Shown here: one piece after another, positions 54,728 through 64,000 of the stretch | How the letters are laid out: every line of letters starts with the position of its first letter | Numbering within the stretch: the stretch's first letter is position 1 | Origin: a virus | Virus record (IMG/VR): IMGVR_UViG_3300043811_000021 | Coordinates: 32,001 to 96,000 of that record | Reading direction: 5' to 3' (one strand) | DNA: 64,000 nt | Position numbers and translations under genes: made by a program | The notes under the pieces: generated by a model | Databases searched by the model: none | The model's input: only the letters and a program-made list of their open reading frames with translations | Told to the model about the DNA's origin: nothing

Positions 54728-57700
54728 TCATCCTTCCCCTCCCGTGCTACCAAAAATAGGAACTGGGACATAATCCCCAACCGAACCCCACGCTCTTTGG
54801 TAGGCGATGCAGCCTTGGAAGTTGAGAACAAATGGAACAGAACTAGAAAATTGGAACCATGCCAATTTATACTTATTCGGCCCTGGCCTAAAGAAATACT
54901 TCGTCAACTGCCCAGATGTAGATGGAAGTGTGATCGTGGGAGGGCCATAACTGTTATTCCCTTCATCAGCAGGATACATGTTTAGTGTAACCGTAGAAGT
55001 TGACGAGTATTCCACTACCATCTGTCCAGTATGACAATATCCTTTATCTCCTATGGCCGCGCTCATTACTGTTCCGGTTATAGTTTCTGGCCCGGAACTA
55101 GACAATTGTCTTACAGTTCCATCGCTGCATCCTACTAAAACTCCTTGCTGGCTTTGCCCTTCATTCGCAGCATGTATAGTCGCTCCTGGAGTATATAAAT
55201 CCCAAATCCAAGCATGATTATTCATGTCAAAGACGAGCGTGTGAGGGTTTCCATCTCCTAACCCTATGTAGTCATAATATAGGAACTGATTAACTATCGA
55301 AAATCTTTGGGATTGAGGTTGTGAGTCATCTGGGGGATAGATAGTTATCCCCTCGCGTGTCACAGGCTGTGGAACGCTTGTCCCAGAATCAGATGATTCA
55401 TGCGGGAAGATAGGATACAAAGAATCATCGGTAATAGACTGCGAAGCAGAGCCGTAAGAAGATACGTGAATTCCGTCACTAACTCTGAAAAATATTAACC
55501 CTCCACCAGAAACACACACGCACCGAGGCATGTATAGACCTCTAGTGATAGAGCTTTCCTGTAGAGTCCACTGTGATCCAGTAGTACCTTCCGCCGTTGC
55601 CGTAGAGTTTGAAAAGTTAGGGAGTATGAGCCATCCACGCTTGATTGAGAACAGCACTCCTAGCCCCCCAGCGATTGCCCCGTTCACGAGAGGCTCTCCT
55701 GGGTCTGTAACATCTTGAGCGTTTGTATCAGGAGCCGAGTCCAAGTTTGATCCTTGACACCAGTACAGTGTCCCCGGCCTTAGCGGGTCTCCTACTGCAT
55801 ACGCATAGTTAATGTTGTCTGTTGGCCCCCACATGTACGGTAGAGGTTGAGCAGCTAGGATAGGCTCTGGGATTTCATACGCTACATTCGTTGCGTTCGG
55901 AACTCCCGGAATAGTTACACTTGTACCTGAAGTTGGCCGCGCAATAAACACATAAGCCAATGACGTAGGGGAGCCAATTAAGATAGTTGTTCCTGCAAGC
56001 CATCTTATATTAAATCCAGTAGACGATCCGCCTATCGCTCCTCCAGAAACCCAAGTAATTACTCCTCCAGATATGCTGCATATTCCTTTCTGAGGAAGAT
56101 CAATAGAGGGGAAAGGCTCAAAGTTATCAAACTGAAGTAGTTGATCCCCTAGCTCGGTATCAAGAAGTGAATCAGAGATGGGAGTATTCGTTCCCGGTAC
56201 GGTTCCAAGATCGTCGTTCGGACCCGTAGCTACATAGGTAAAGTTTGTTGTAGTCGAGTCCAGACGGTAGTAGTCAACAACATCCACTTGAGGGTCTGGA
56301 GACCACAGAGATGTTACCGTATTAGCCGTTACAGGCACAGCTTCAGCCGTAGACTCTGGAGAGGGATTAGAAACCGCTCCTGTAGCCGAGCTTCTATAGA
56401 CATACCTGTACTGAACATCCTGTCTCACGTTCGCTGGCAATGGAGGAATTATCGTCGCACTCCCACCTGCCGTCGCAGAGCCATCCAGAAGCAATATACG
56501 TCCTGAGTGATACCAGTAGTCGTAATCAATTTCAATGGGATATATTCCAGCCGCAGGAACGTTCACTACAACTGTTGTCTGAGCATAGTTACCTCCACTA
56601 CCATTGTTGTAGTTTTGTCTGGGTAGAAGTGGATATCCTCCTACTACCGTAATCGTCTGTCCAAATCCAGATATAGAAGAAGTTCCTGGTTCTCCGCTTC
56701 CCGATGTTGAAACAGAGACTAAAGTGACTCCTCCACCAATTCCCCAAATGCAATCATCGTGATTGGTCAGAACAAAAGTATAATGACCTCCAGAGGGAAA
56801 ATAAAGATTACCTTGCAAACAAAAGTTGAAGTTAGCAAACTGAGTATTATTTGTATTCTGAGGCGCAGGTACCGTAATTGGCGCAGCAAACACAGCATTG
56901 CTTCCAGATGCCACACTCTCTGGAGTTAAAACCGTCCACTCCATAGGAAGAGATGGTGATCCAACACCCGGCAATCCAGGAAGTCCAGCAGAAAAAGTAG
57001 CATCGAAAATAAAAGAGTTTCCTGTTGTCGTTCCTACCGCATTTGAGATACTCCTTGTCGGTCCTGATCCACTAGGATCATCAGGATTCTTCCAGATATA
57101 CCCGGAAACTGGTCCAGATTGCGGACTATCTCCCCAGTAGTAGAGGTTCATGGTCCCTAAAGTCGCCACATAAGAAGGAAGAGCGTTGGTAGTTACAGAA
57201 CCTTCAAAGGTAATCAGGCCAGAGTTTGGAGGCGATCCCTGAGTGAATGTATTACCCACTGAGTTCAAACCAACCTGAAAAGCTACAGCCCCGAAAGGAA
57301 CAGTGATATTCGCGCTCGAACTAAACGCCAATCCAACATCTACGATATTAGAAACAAATAACGGAGCTACACCGGCAGGGATAACATTTCCAGAAGCATC
57401 TGTGAAAGCCCCTACAACATAAGAAGCTGTAGTAGGAGTACCGCCACTCCCTGCGATCTGGATAAACTGTCCCGGATAGCCGGGAGAACCCGCTCCTACT
57501 CGCGTCGATGACTGCGCAGTTAATGTAGGGTTAGTCGTACCGTTTACCACAACAGTACCATCATTAGCCAAAGCAGTAATCGTTATAAATGTCGCATTCT
57601 GGCAGTTAATTACGAACGGAGCCGTACCGTCGATGGGCGGGATGACGTTCGGAAAACCTTCGGTCTCTCCGTAGTTAAATCCAGAGTTTGCACTATTGTA

Positions 57701-58327
57701 GTTCGTCCACGGGATCGCGGTTGCAAGTAGGCTACCAACTCCGCCAAAAGATATAGATGAATTAGATGTGGAGACTACTGGGGCTAACTGGGGTTCCTTC
57801 AGTCCCATTTTCCAGCACACCGCGCTAGGCGTTGGAGTCCCTGTATAACCTTCGTTATACGAAACCTTCATCATCCCATTAGAAACAAAGTTAACCGGAT
57901 TGCCACTGATTAAATATTGGGTTGCTAACGTAACATTTCCTTGAGGAGCAGAATCGGCAATATATCCCCAAACCTGGACAGAAGCATTTGGCCGAAAAGG
58001 TACTATAGATACTGGATTCCCACTCGTCCCAGTCGCAACGTTCTTTACTCCTATGGTCGAATTCCAAAGGGATATTACTGTGGATGAGCCATTTATTATA
58101 GAGAAACCGGAAGGAAGAGCAGACGGATTTGTCGAGTCGTTCAATCTGCGAATCGTGTGGACCGATGCTCCTAGAGTGTAAAGTGCTCCCGTAAGCAGAT
58201 TGCGAAACGTCACGCCTCCCTTGAAATATGCGCGGACGTTGACGCTAATCGAGCACATGCCTGCTCTCAGGCGATTTATCGGGTCTACAAGCGAGAAGCC
58301 TTTGAAGTCAAATGGTCCGAGAGCCAT
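54728..58327 (-). CDS. tail nozzle/stabilisation-like protein (1199 aa) with inserted beta domains including a PA14-like segment
   Basis: Size, synteny and beta-rich sequence; QGNLYFP.GG.YTF.LTNHDD...GIYPIEIDY resembles PA14. Confidence 0.55.
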   Translation of the reverse strand: MALGPFDFKGFSLVDPINRLRAGMCSISVNVRAYFKGGVTFRNLLTGALYTLGASVHTIRRLNDSTNPSALPSGFSIINGSSTVISLWNSTIGVKNVATGTSGNPVSIVPFRPNASVQVWGYIADSAPQGNVTLATQYLISGNPVNFVSNGMMKVSYNEGYTGTPTPSAVCWKMGLKEPQLAPVVSTSNSSISFGGVGSLLATAIPWTNYNSANSGFNYGETEGFPNVIPPIDGTAPFVINCQNATFITITALANDGTVVVNGTTNPTLTAQSSTRVGAGSPGYPGQFIQIAGSGGTPTTASYVVGAFTDASGNVIPAGVAPLFVSNIVDVGLAFSSSANITVPFGAVAFQVGLNSVGNTFTQGSPPNSGLITFEGSVTTNALPSYVATLGTMNLYYWGDSPQSGPVSGYIWKNPDDPSGSGPTRSISNAVGTTTGNSFIFDATFSAGLPGLPGVGSPSLPMEWTVLTPESVASGSNAVFAAPITVPAPQNTNNTQFANFNFCLQGNLYFPSGGHYTFVLTNHDDCIWGIGGGVTLVSVSTSGSGEPGTSSISGFGQTITVVGGYPLLPRQNYNNGSGGNYAQTTVVVNVPAAGIYPIEIDYDYWYHSGRILLLDGSATAGGSATIIPPLPANVRQDVQYRYVYRSSATGAVSNPSPESTAEAVPVTANTVTSLWSPDPQVDVVDYYRLDSTTTNFTYVATGPNDDLGTVPGTNTPISDSLLDTELGDQLLQFDNFEPFPSIDLPQKGICSISGGVITWVSGGAIGGSSTGFNIRWLAGTTILIGSPTSLAYVFIARPTSGTSVTIPGVPNATNVAYEIPEPILAAQPLPYMWGPTDNINYAYAVGDPLRPGTLYWCQGSNLDSAPDTNAQDVTDPGEPLVNGAIAGGLGVLFSIKRGWLILPNFSNSTATAEGTTGSQWTLQESSITRGLYMPRCVCVSGGGLIFFRVSDGIHVSSYGSASQSITDDSLYPIFPHESSDSGTSVPQPVTREGITIYPPDDSQPQSQRFSIVNQFLYYDYIGLGDGNPHTLVFDMNNHAWIWDLYTPGATIHAANEGQSQQGVLVGCSDGTVRQLSSSGPETITGTVMSAAIGDKGYCHTGQMVVEYSSTSTVTLNMYPADEGNNSYGPPTITLPSTSGQLTKYFFRPGPNKYKLAWFQFSSSVPFVLNFQGCIAYQRAWGSVGDYVPVPIFGSTGGEG

Positions 58328-58447
58328 AATTCACCATTCCACTCCCCAACTCTCCCGGAAGTTGAGAAATATCTGTCTTTATTCTATAATGGAAGTGTCG
58401 AGGTTGCACCCCCGGCTATTTCTAACCACACAGGAGGAGAGTCCTGC

Positions 58448-59407
58448 ATGACACCCCCATCCCGTAAATCATATCACGAAGACTATCTCCCATCCGAAAA
58501 AGTCTGCTCAAAATGCGGAGACCGCAAGCCGTTAGATGATTTCGCTAGAGATGAGCGGATTCCAAGTGGCCGTTCATCTTGGTGCAAAAAATGCACTAGC
58601 CTATATCAGAAAGGATTAAGAGATAGAAAAGCAGAGGCACGTAAAACTATGGTGCTACCAGAATCTAAAATATGTTCATACGAAAATTGTGCTCACAGTG
58701 GGTTGATGCAACCACTGTCTATTTTCCACAAGTGCAGCAGTAACGATGACGGACACAATAATGTCTGCAAAACATGCATCAGCGTTAAGCAAAAATTATC
58801 CTCTGAAAGAACCAAAGATAAGAGAAAGGAAAATTCTCGAAAATGGTATCAAAAGAATAAGGAGGTTTCAAAAGCAAAGAGTAATCAGTGGCGCAATGAT
58901 CATCCAGAGCAGGCCAAAAAAACAAAACAAATCTATTACGCTTCTCATAAAGAGGAAATCAAAGAAAGTAAGAGGGCAGCAATCAACAAGAAGCCTGAAT
59001 ATTATAACCACATGAAGAATGCTTATAGGCGCAAGCATTGGGAACAAAAAATAGTTGGCGAGTGTAGAAGACGTGCAAAGAAAAAGGGTGTACCGTTTGA
59101 CATGAAAGAATCTGATTTACATGATCCTCGTACTGGAAAATTACCAGAGTTTTGTCCAATATTCAAACAAATAAGAATTGACTACAATGCTGGGCCTGAC
59201 AGGAGATGCTGGCCAAGTGTAGATCGTATCGTCCCAGAACTAGGATACGTATCTGGAAACGTGTGGGTTATCTCCTTCGGAGCAAACACATGGAAATCAA
59301 ATGGAAGTAACTCAGAAGAACGCGCTCGAATAATTGAGATCATGAAAGGTCGAAAGAAAAAGAAAGAGCCTAACACCCAGCAGCAATCTCTATTTGATGA
59401 TCTGTGA
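58448..59407 (+). CDS. putative homing endonuclease, antisense within the virion region
   Basis: Two CxxC modules; CPIF...PSVDRIVPELGYVSGNVWVIS..AN..KS. Confidence 0.75.
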   Translation: MTPPSRKSYHEDYLPSEKVCSKCGDRKPLDDFARDERIPSGRSSWCKKCTSLYQKGLRDRKAEARKTMVLPESKICSYENCAHSGLMQPLSIFHKCSSNDDGHNNVCKTCISVKQKLSSERTKDKRKENSRKWYQKNKEVSKAKSNQWRNDHPEQAKKTKQIYYASHKEEIKESKRAAINKKPEYYNHMKNAYRRKHWEQKIVGECRRRAKKKGVPFDMKESDLHDPRTGKLPEFCPIFKQIRIDYNAGPDRRCWPSVDRIVPELGYVSGNVWVISFGANTWKSNGSNSEERARIIEIMKGRKKKKEPNTQQQSLFDDL

Positions 59408-59977
59408 GTGAAAGGCTCCCGGTTCCTTGCGAGGATGGTTCTAGTTTACAACAGATTTACTCTTTAGGTGAATCCCCAGTCACAGCGCGAATCGCCGCAA
59501 AGAAATCATTTTTCCCAGTGTCTGCTTGCTTTTCTCTCTTCTTGAGAATGAACGTAGGAAACTCACATTCTACGAAGTATTGTGAGCATCCTACAGTTTC
59601 GCATCGAATGAAAGTTTCTTTATGGTTTTCCAGCCAAGTCATTCTTTTCCCGCAACCAGTACACACTGGAGTCATTCCAAGACGCGCCGTTATCTGCTTC
59701 TCACTCATTTCCCTCTCCTGTAGTCTGTTTTCTGTATTTCTCTTGAGCGTCAGAAAGTAGAAGTTCAATAGTCATTATCTTGTCTTCTATCATAGATTTC
59801 ATTTTAGGAAATGGCATCTCTTCTCTTGCCCATGCCATAATCATATCCCATATTTGGCCGTTATTCTTAACCAACGCTGGCCATATGGCATGGCACACAG
59901 GATCGCGCTTTATCAACCCTCTCCCCAATTTCCTTGGCATTACAACCCTCTCCCTTAACTAACAATATTAGGCTGAG

Positions 59978-60283
59978 TTACCTTTTCCAGATATACGACT
60001 TCACAAGTCCGCTAGTTGGGCTGTCTGCGATGTAATAGCAAACGGATGGCTTCGGACGATATGGTTCTCTGCTTGTTGGAGTCCCTCTCATCATCTCAGT
60101 TTGTTTTTCCTTCAGTGGTTGTGCCTCTGTAACAATATCAAGAAGAGATTTGTCAATCATTCCCGGAACTTGCACGAATTTGTATTGCGGTTCTGATTTA
60201 CATATATCTGCCAACATTTTCGGTGCAACTACCGCTGCCGCAGCTCCGATGCCAAGAAACTTGAAAAATCCTCTACGATTCAT
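59978..60283 (-). CDS. protein with twin-arginine-like N-terminus
   Basis: MNRRGFFKFLGIGAAAAVVAPKMLAD; GGAGAGAGG ribosome-binding site. Confidence 0.6.
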   Translation of the reverse strand: MNRRGFFKFLGIGAAAAVVAPKMLADICKSEPQYKFVQVPGMIDKSLLDIVTEAQPLKEKQTEMMRGTPTSREPYRPKPSVCYYIADSPTSGLVKSYIWKR

Positions 60284-61152
60284 CCTCTCTCCTTTTGACG
60301 CTTGCACTAATCCTACGCTCCTGATCACATCCCGGACAACCTGCTCCGGGGACGCATAGATGATCTTCGCCAACCGGACCAAGCATGAGGCACCCCATCA
60401 ATAATTCTTCCCCTGTTATGGGGTCGTATTCGATTGTCTCTGTCATCATTTATCCCTCTATGTCTCGTCCAAATACCTTCTTTAGTTCTTCTCTTGTGGC
60501 TTTCTTTTTTAGAACTCTTTCCTGACTATAAATAATTGAGTCCTGTCTCCGCAGCAGCCTTCCGATAGGAGTACAGTCGTGTATTTCCTTTATCCCTTTA
60601 CTCTTCCTATCGCGCAGAACTTCTTCGAGTAGACTCTTCTCATTCATAAATTCACGAATATAGAAGAGATAGTTTCTCGTTTCCTGTACTGCGTACTCCC
60701 AATCTAAAATTTCGTCGTTTTTTTGACTCAATTTTACAAAGGTATGGCAAGAGCAATTATCTCCTGGACGGCCATATAAAACGCCAGCGTATTTTATCTC
60801 CCACTCTCCATTCTCAAAATCTTTATGCCTGATTCTTACCGCTCCATCTTCATACCTAACATCATCCCACCAGTCTTGCAAAAACTCTTTACACTTTTCT
60901 ATTCTTTGCAGTACATCAGTATCGCTCATCCCTTATCCCCCCCCTCTTACTACTTTACTTCAAATCTAACAATCCCGTGATCACGAAGACGATCTATGAC
61001 CCCATCTGGTATAGATATTGAAAGTCGTTTTAGAAGGTCTACTACAGCGGGAATGTCTTTGTATGTACCACGCGTCCAGCTTCCATCTGGGCACTGTGGA
61101 TGTATACCGCTTACAGACCACTTAGAACATCCAACATTATTTATTTCAACTA

Positions 61153-62673
61153 TCAACCCTTGTCTCCCTTCTTATTGAACCTATTCATCTCGCGTTCCTG
61201 AACTTGTCCTCTCTGAATAAGAATATCAGAAAACGCCCCCATAGAACGAATCCTGGAGTTCTCCGCCGCACATGCCTGTATCGCTTCCTTCTCAAGTTCC
61301 AATGCCTGTTTCCACTCTCCACCGCCCATCTTAAAACAAGCCCTGCTCTGTGCGAGAAAAAGTACAGTATCCCAATCGCTCCTAGAAACCTGTAGATACG
61401 TGTTTGTGCTATCGAGAATAGGGGCGTTTCCTAAAACCGTACAACCTGTTCCTGAATTTACAGGAGAAGCAATCCAATCCATCCCGCCCGCAACTATAAC
61501 TGGACCGAAGCTCGTCGGATTTGAATCCCAATTTGGGTCAAATCTATCTAAATCGACAATCGAGTCGATACTCACCGCCTGCCCGTTTACTTTTCCCAAC
61601 TCAATCCACGGACTCTTCAACATCAACTGTAGTCCATCTTGGTATCTACGCATTGCATATTCAGCGCGTTCTCTGTCAGTCGATTCCGCTTCCTGTCCAA
61701 GTAAATCAGCTAACGCCCCCCATTCCAAAACCCACGCGAAGTCATTAGGAATCCCCAACAGCGTAGGAGTAGGCGGGCTAAACGGCGCTCCCGATTGTAA
61801 GACGACTGCCTCATAAGTACCCGGCTGATTCGGTGGAATGTCTACATCCCACGACAAAGGCGGTTCTGATGATAATGAAAACGTTTGTGGAGTACCAGAA
61901 TTCAACTGGTAAAGCGGAGCCTCATAGAACTCCTGAGCTATGGTGTCATCTCGATATAACGTATTCGGCTGAGTGAACTGAATAGTCCCTGATACTCCTC
62001 CAGTTGTAGGAATAGAAATTGTGACTGTTCCCGATCCGATACCCGTCACCGTAGCCCAGTAACTAACATTTAGCGATAAAACCTGCTGTCCTATCGCTAC
62101 CCCTTGAGTCGATGTCACTGTGATGGTATTCGATCCATTCAAAGCATTACCCGTAGTCGTAGCTACTACAGGCATGTAACGCACACGCTCAACATCTATT
62201 ATGTCTGGTATCGTGGACGAGTTAGGCAAGTATGTGCGAGTGGTGTTCGGCGTGAGTGGAATAGAAGTTAAAAGATTTTGATTCAGATTACCTACCTGAA
62301 TCATCTCATCCCTGCGGCGTTGCAGTGCTTGACTCAGTACAGAAATATTGAACTGATTGGTCCCTGTCCACGTCCCCCCAGACGCAGGTTCTAATAGCAT
62401 GTATTCTAGTTCTGTGTAGCAGTAAGCATCTGTAAGAGTCCTCTGGCGAGGACTACCTGAGAGCGATCCTATACTGTTCCAAAGGCTAGTTGAATTAAAC
62501 TGGAAGTCCTGCCTCCATACATTACAGAGGACATTATACTGCCTAAGTGATTGACTAATATATATTTGTAATTCAGCAGCAGACCAAAAGTTATTATTCG
62601 GATCGTTAAGTCTCTGCGCAAGTTGCTGCACAGCCGTCGTCACGGTGAGCCATGTGTAATTTCCTGCGGCCAT
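61153..62673 (-). CDS. head-tail adaptor / tail tubular-like protein
   Basis: LAQRLNDP...FWSAAEL..YI, IP.DF..VL.WGALADLL repeated layout, upstream of the nozzle-like gene. Confidence 0.55.
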   Translation of the reverse strand: MAAGNYTWLTVTTAVQQLAQRLNDPNNNFWSAAELQIYISQSLRQYNVLCNVWRQDFQFNSTSLWNSIGSLSGSPRQRTLTDAYCYTELEYMLLEPASGGTWTGTNQFNISVLSQALQRRRDEMIQVGNLNQNLLTSIPLTPNTTRTYLPNSSTIPDIIDVERVRYMPVVATTTGNALNGSNTITVTSTQGVAIGQQVLSLNVSYWATVTGIGSGTVTISIPTTGGVSGTIQFTQPNTLYRDDTIAQEFYEAPLYQLNSGTPQTFSLSSEPPLSWDVDIPPNQPGTYEAVVLQSGAPFSPPTPTLLGIPNDFAWVLEWGALADLLGQEAESTDRERAEYAMRRYQDGLQLMLKSPWIELGKVNGQAVSIDSIVDLDRFDPNWDSNPTSFGPVIVAGGMDWIASPVNSGTGCTVLGNAPILDSTNTYLQVSRSDWDTVLFLAQSRACFKMGGGEWKQALELEKEAIQACAAENSRIRSMGAFSDILIQRGQVQEREMNRFNKKGDKG

Positions 62674-62841
62674 GCGCCTATTGTACTACTTTTTGGCCGC
62701 AATCTTCTTGTGAGACTTTTTCTTTGTGTGGTGTTTCTTGCTCTTCTTCTTTCCTTTTCCTTTACCTGCGATCTTGTGCTTCTTCTTTGGTGATTTCTTT
62801 ACGTCTTCTTGCTCAGATGAGTCCACTTCGTTGTACATTTG

Positions 62842-63429
62842 TTATGCCTCCCTGTTGTGGTATTCGATTACAAGTTCTTGAAATATAGAGAACGTTTCTC
62901 TGGCAATTCTCTTTACCTCTTCATCGCTCGTGTCGATTCGTATCCATTCTTTGGCAGTAATTGTTTGCCCCGGCTCAACAGAATCAGCCTGAACGGGAGA
63001 CCACGCAGCAACATATTTAAGTTCGTTTGTATGCTTATTACGAATTGCTTGTCTCACAAATGCAACGTAATTTATATCTGAAAGATCAGTGTGTGTGTGA
63101 AAATACATTGGACCCCATGTATTTTCACACGTTGATCCAATTCTCCCCATTACTTTACATGGATCACCATAATGCCATCCTTTTTTATCTGCACCGTCTT
63201 CTACTTCCTGCGGGAATTCTTTTTTAACTTCGTTAAAAATATCACATATACGAAGTTTTCCGTGTCTCATGCGAATTATTGCATAAATCTGTTCTGGTGT
63301 ATATCCGTATTCCTCTAATTCTATCCGTTCATTCAGATTTTCTTTGGCGGAATCTGCCAAAATCTTCGGCGCTACCACCGCCGTTGCCGCTACCATTCCC
63401 GCTGTCTTCCCAAAATCTCGTCTGTTCAT
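62842..63429 (-). CDS. protein with twin-arginine-like N-terminus
   Basis: MNRRDFGKTAGMVAATAVVAPKILAD. Confidence 0.6.
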   Translation of the reverse strand: MNRRDFGKTAGMVAATAVVAPKILADSAKENLNERIELEEYGYTPEQIYAIIRMRHGKLRICDIFNEVKKEFPQEVEDGADKKGWHYGDPCKVMGRIGSTCENTWGPMYFHTHTDLSDINYVAFVRQAIRNKHTNELKYVAAWSPVQADSVEPGQTITAKEWIRIDTSDEEVKRIARETFSIFQELVIEYHNREA

Positions 63430-63941
63430 TTTCCCTCCTTCTTTTCATCAAGTACAGATAAAATCTCATCTGCCCATTTACTGTAGGCAGGAGTATGTGT
63501 AACGCTCAAAGTTTGCCCGTATTGCTTATGGTAAGCAGGAATAAAAGTCCTTAACTTGTCAATCAATATTCCCCTTCGCGGGTCTTCAGTTTCTTTCTCT
63601 AAAAACATTCTACGCTGCCATTCAGATGCGATGTATTTAATATTTTCACATGTATCGTTCGGAGTGGGGTTTATATCCATCGAGTTATACAACTGCATAG
63701 CTTCACGTTTCGTCGGAACTATTGGGTTCTCAGTGAGATAGCGTATAGCCTCAGTGGCCGCGATCTCTGCAATTACAAAATGTCCTCCTGGTGGCGGAGG
63801 TATAGAATCTTGCGTGGCTCTTGCTGATTGTACTGCGTAGAATACGGCATCCAGCATTTGTTTCGGTAGTTTAATTGCTACATCTTTCATTATTTTCCCT
63901 CTCCTTATTTTCCTGCTACACGCTTTCGCGTGGTTTTTCAT
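63426..63941 (-). CDS. hypothetical protein
   Basis: ORF coupled (ATGA) to 62842..63429. Confidence 0.5.
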   Translation of the reverse strand: MKNHAKACSRKIRRGKIMKDVAIKLPKQMLDAVFYAVQSARATQDSIPPPPGGHFVIAEIAATEAIRYLTENPIVPTKREAMQLYNSMDINPTPNDTCENIKYIASEWQRRMFLEKETEDPRRGILIDKLRTFIPAYHKQYGQTLSVTHTPAYSKWADEILSVLDEKKEGK

Positions 63942-64000
63942 CGAATACCTAAAGCTTTTTCTTCTTCATGCCTCTTACGGTTTTCTTCTATCCTTTTTTC

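Overview
This is a 64-kb segment of a large tailed-phage (or prophage) genome with probable podovirus-type tail genes; the host cannot be identified from the sequence alone. Layout from left to right: a partial AAA ATPase and a divergent promoter region; a replication module (initiator with iterons, loader-like gene, DnaB-N/AAA helicase); DUF5131, dCTP deaminase, a split C5-cytosine methyltransferase with a nested out-of-frame ORF, and a DUF6745-like protein with 37 x 12-nt repeats; a ~14-kb minus-strand RNA island (17.6-31.5 kb) with 31 recognisable tRNAs plus 3 aberrant tRNA-like genes, endonuclease genes, a TROVE/vWA (Ro60-like) gene with six copies of a conserved RNA motif, and an IS1595 remnant; an XRE switch; a glycosyltransferase/methyltransferase/B12-radical-SAM cluster; and virion ejection and tail genes. 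Main finding: the tRNAs fall into three operons, and each begins with a 21-23-codon leader ORF (too short for the ORF track) followed by overlapping antiterminator and terminator hairpins. Each leader contains a cognate or wobble codon for every canonical tRNA of its own operon (11/11, 11/11, 9/9) and lacks most codon families of the other two. This suggests ribosome-stalling attenuators that sense which tRNAs are missing and switch on the matching replacement set. All tRNA folds and pairings were worked out by eye and family names come from remembered motifs, so they need confirmation by search.
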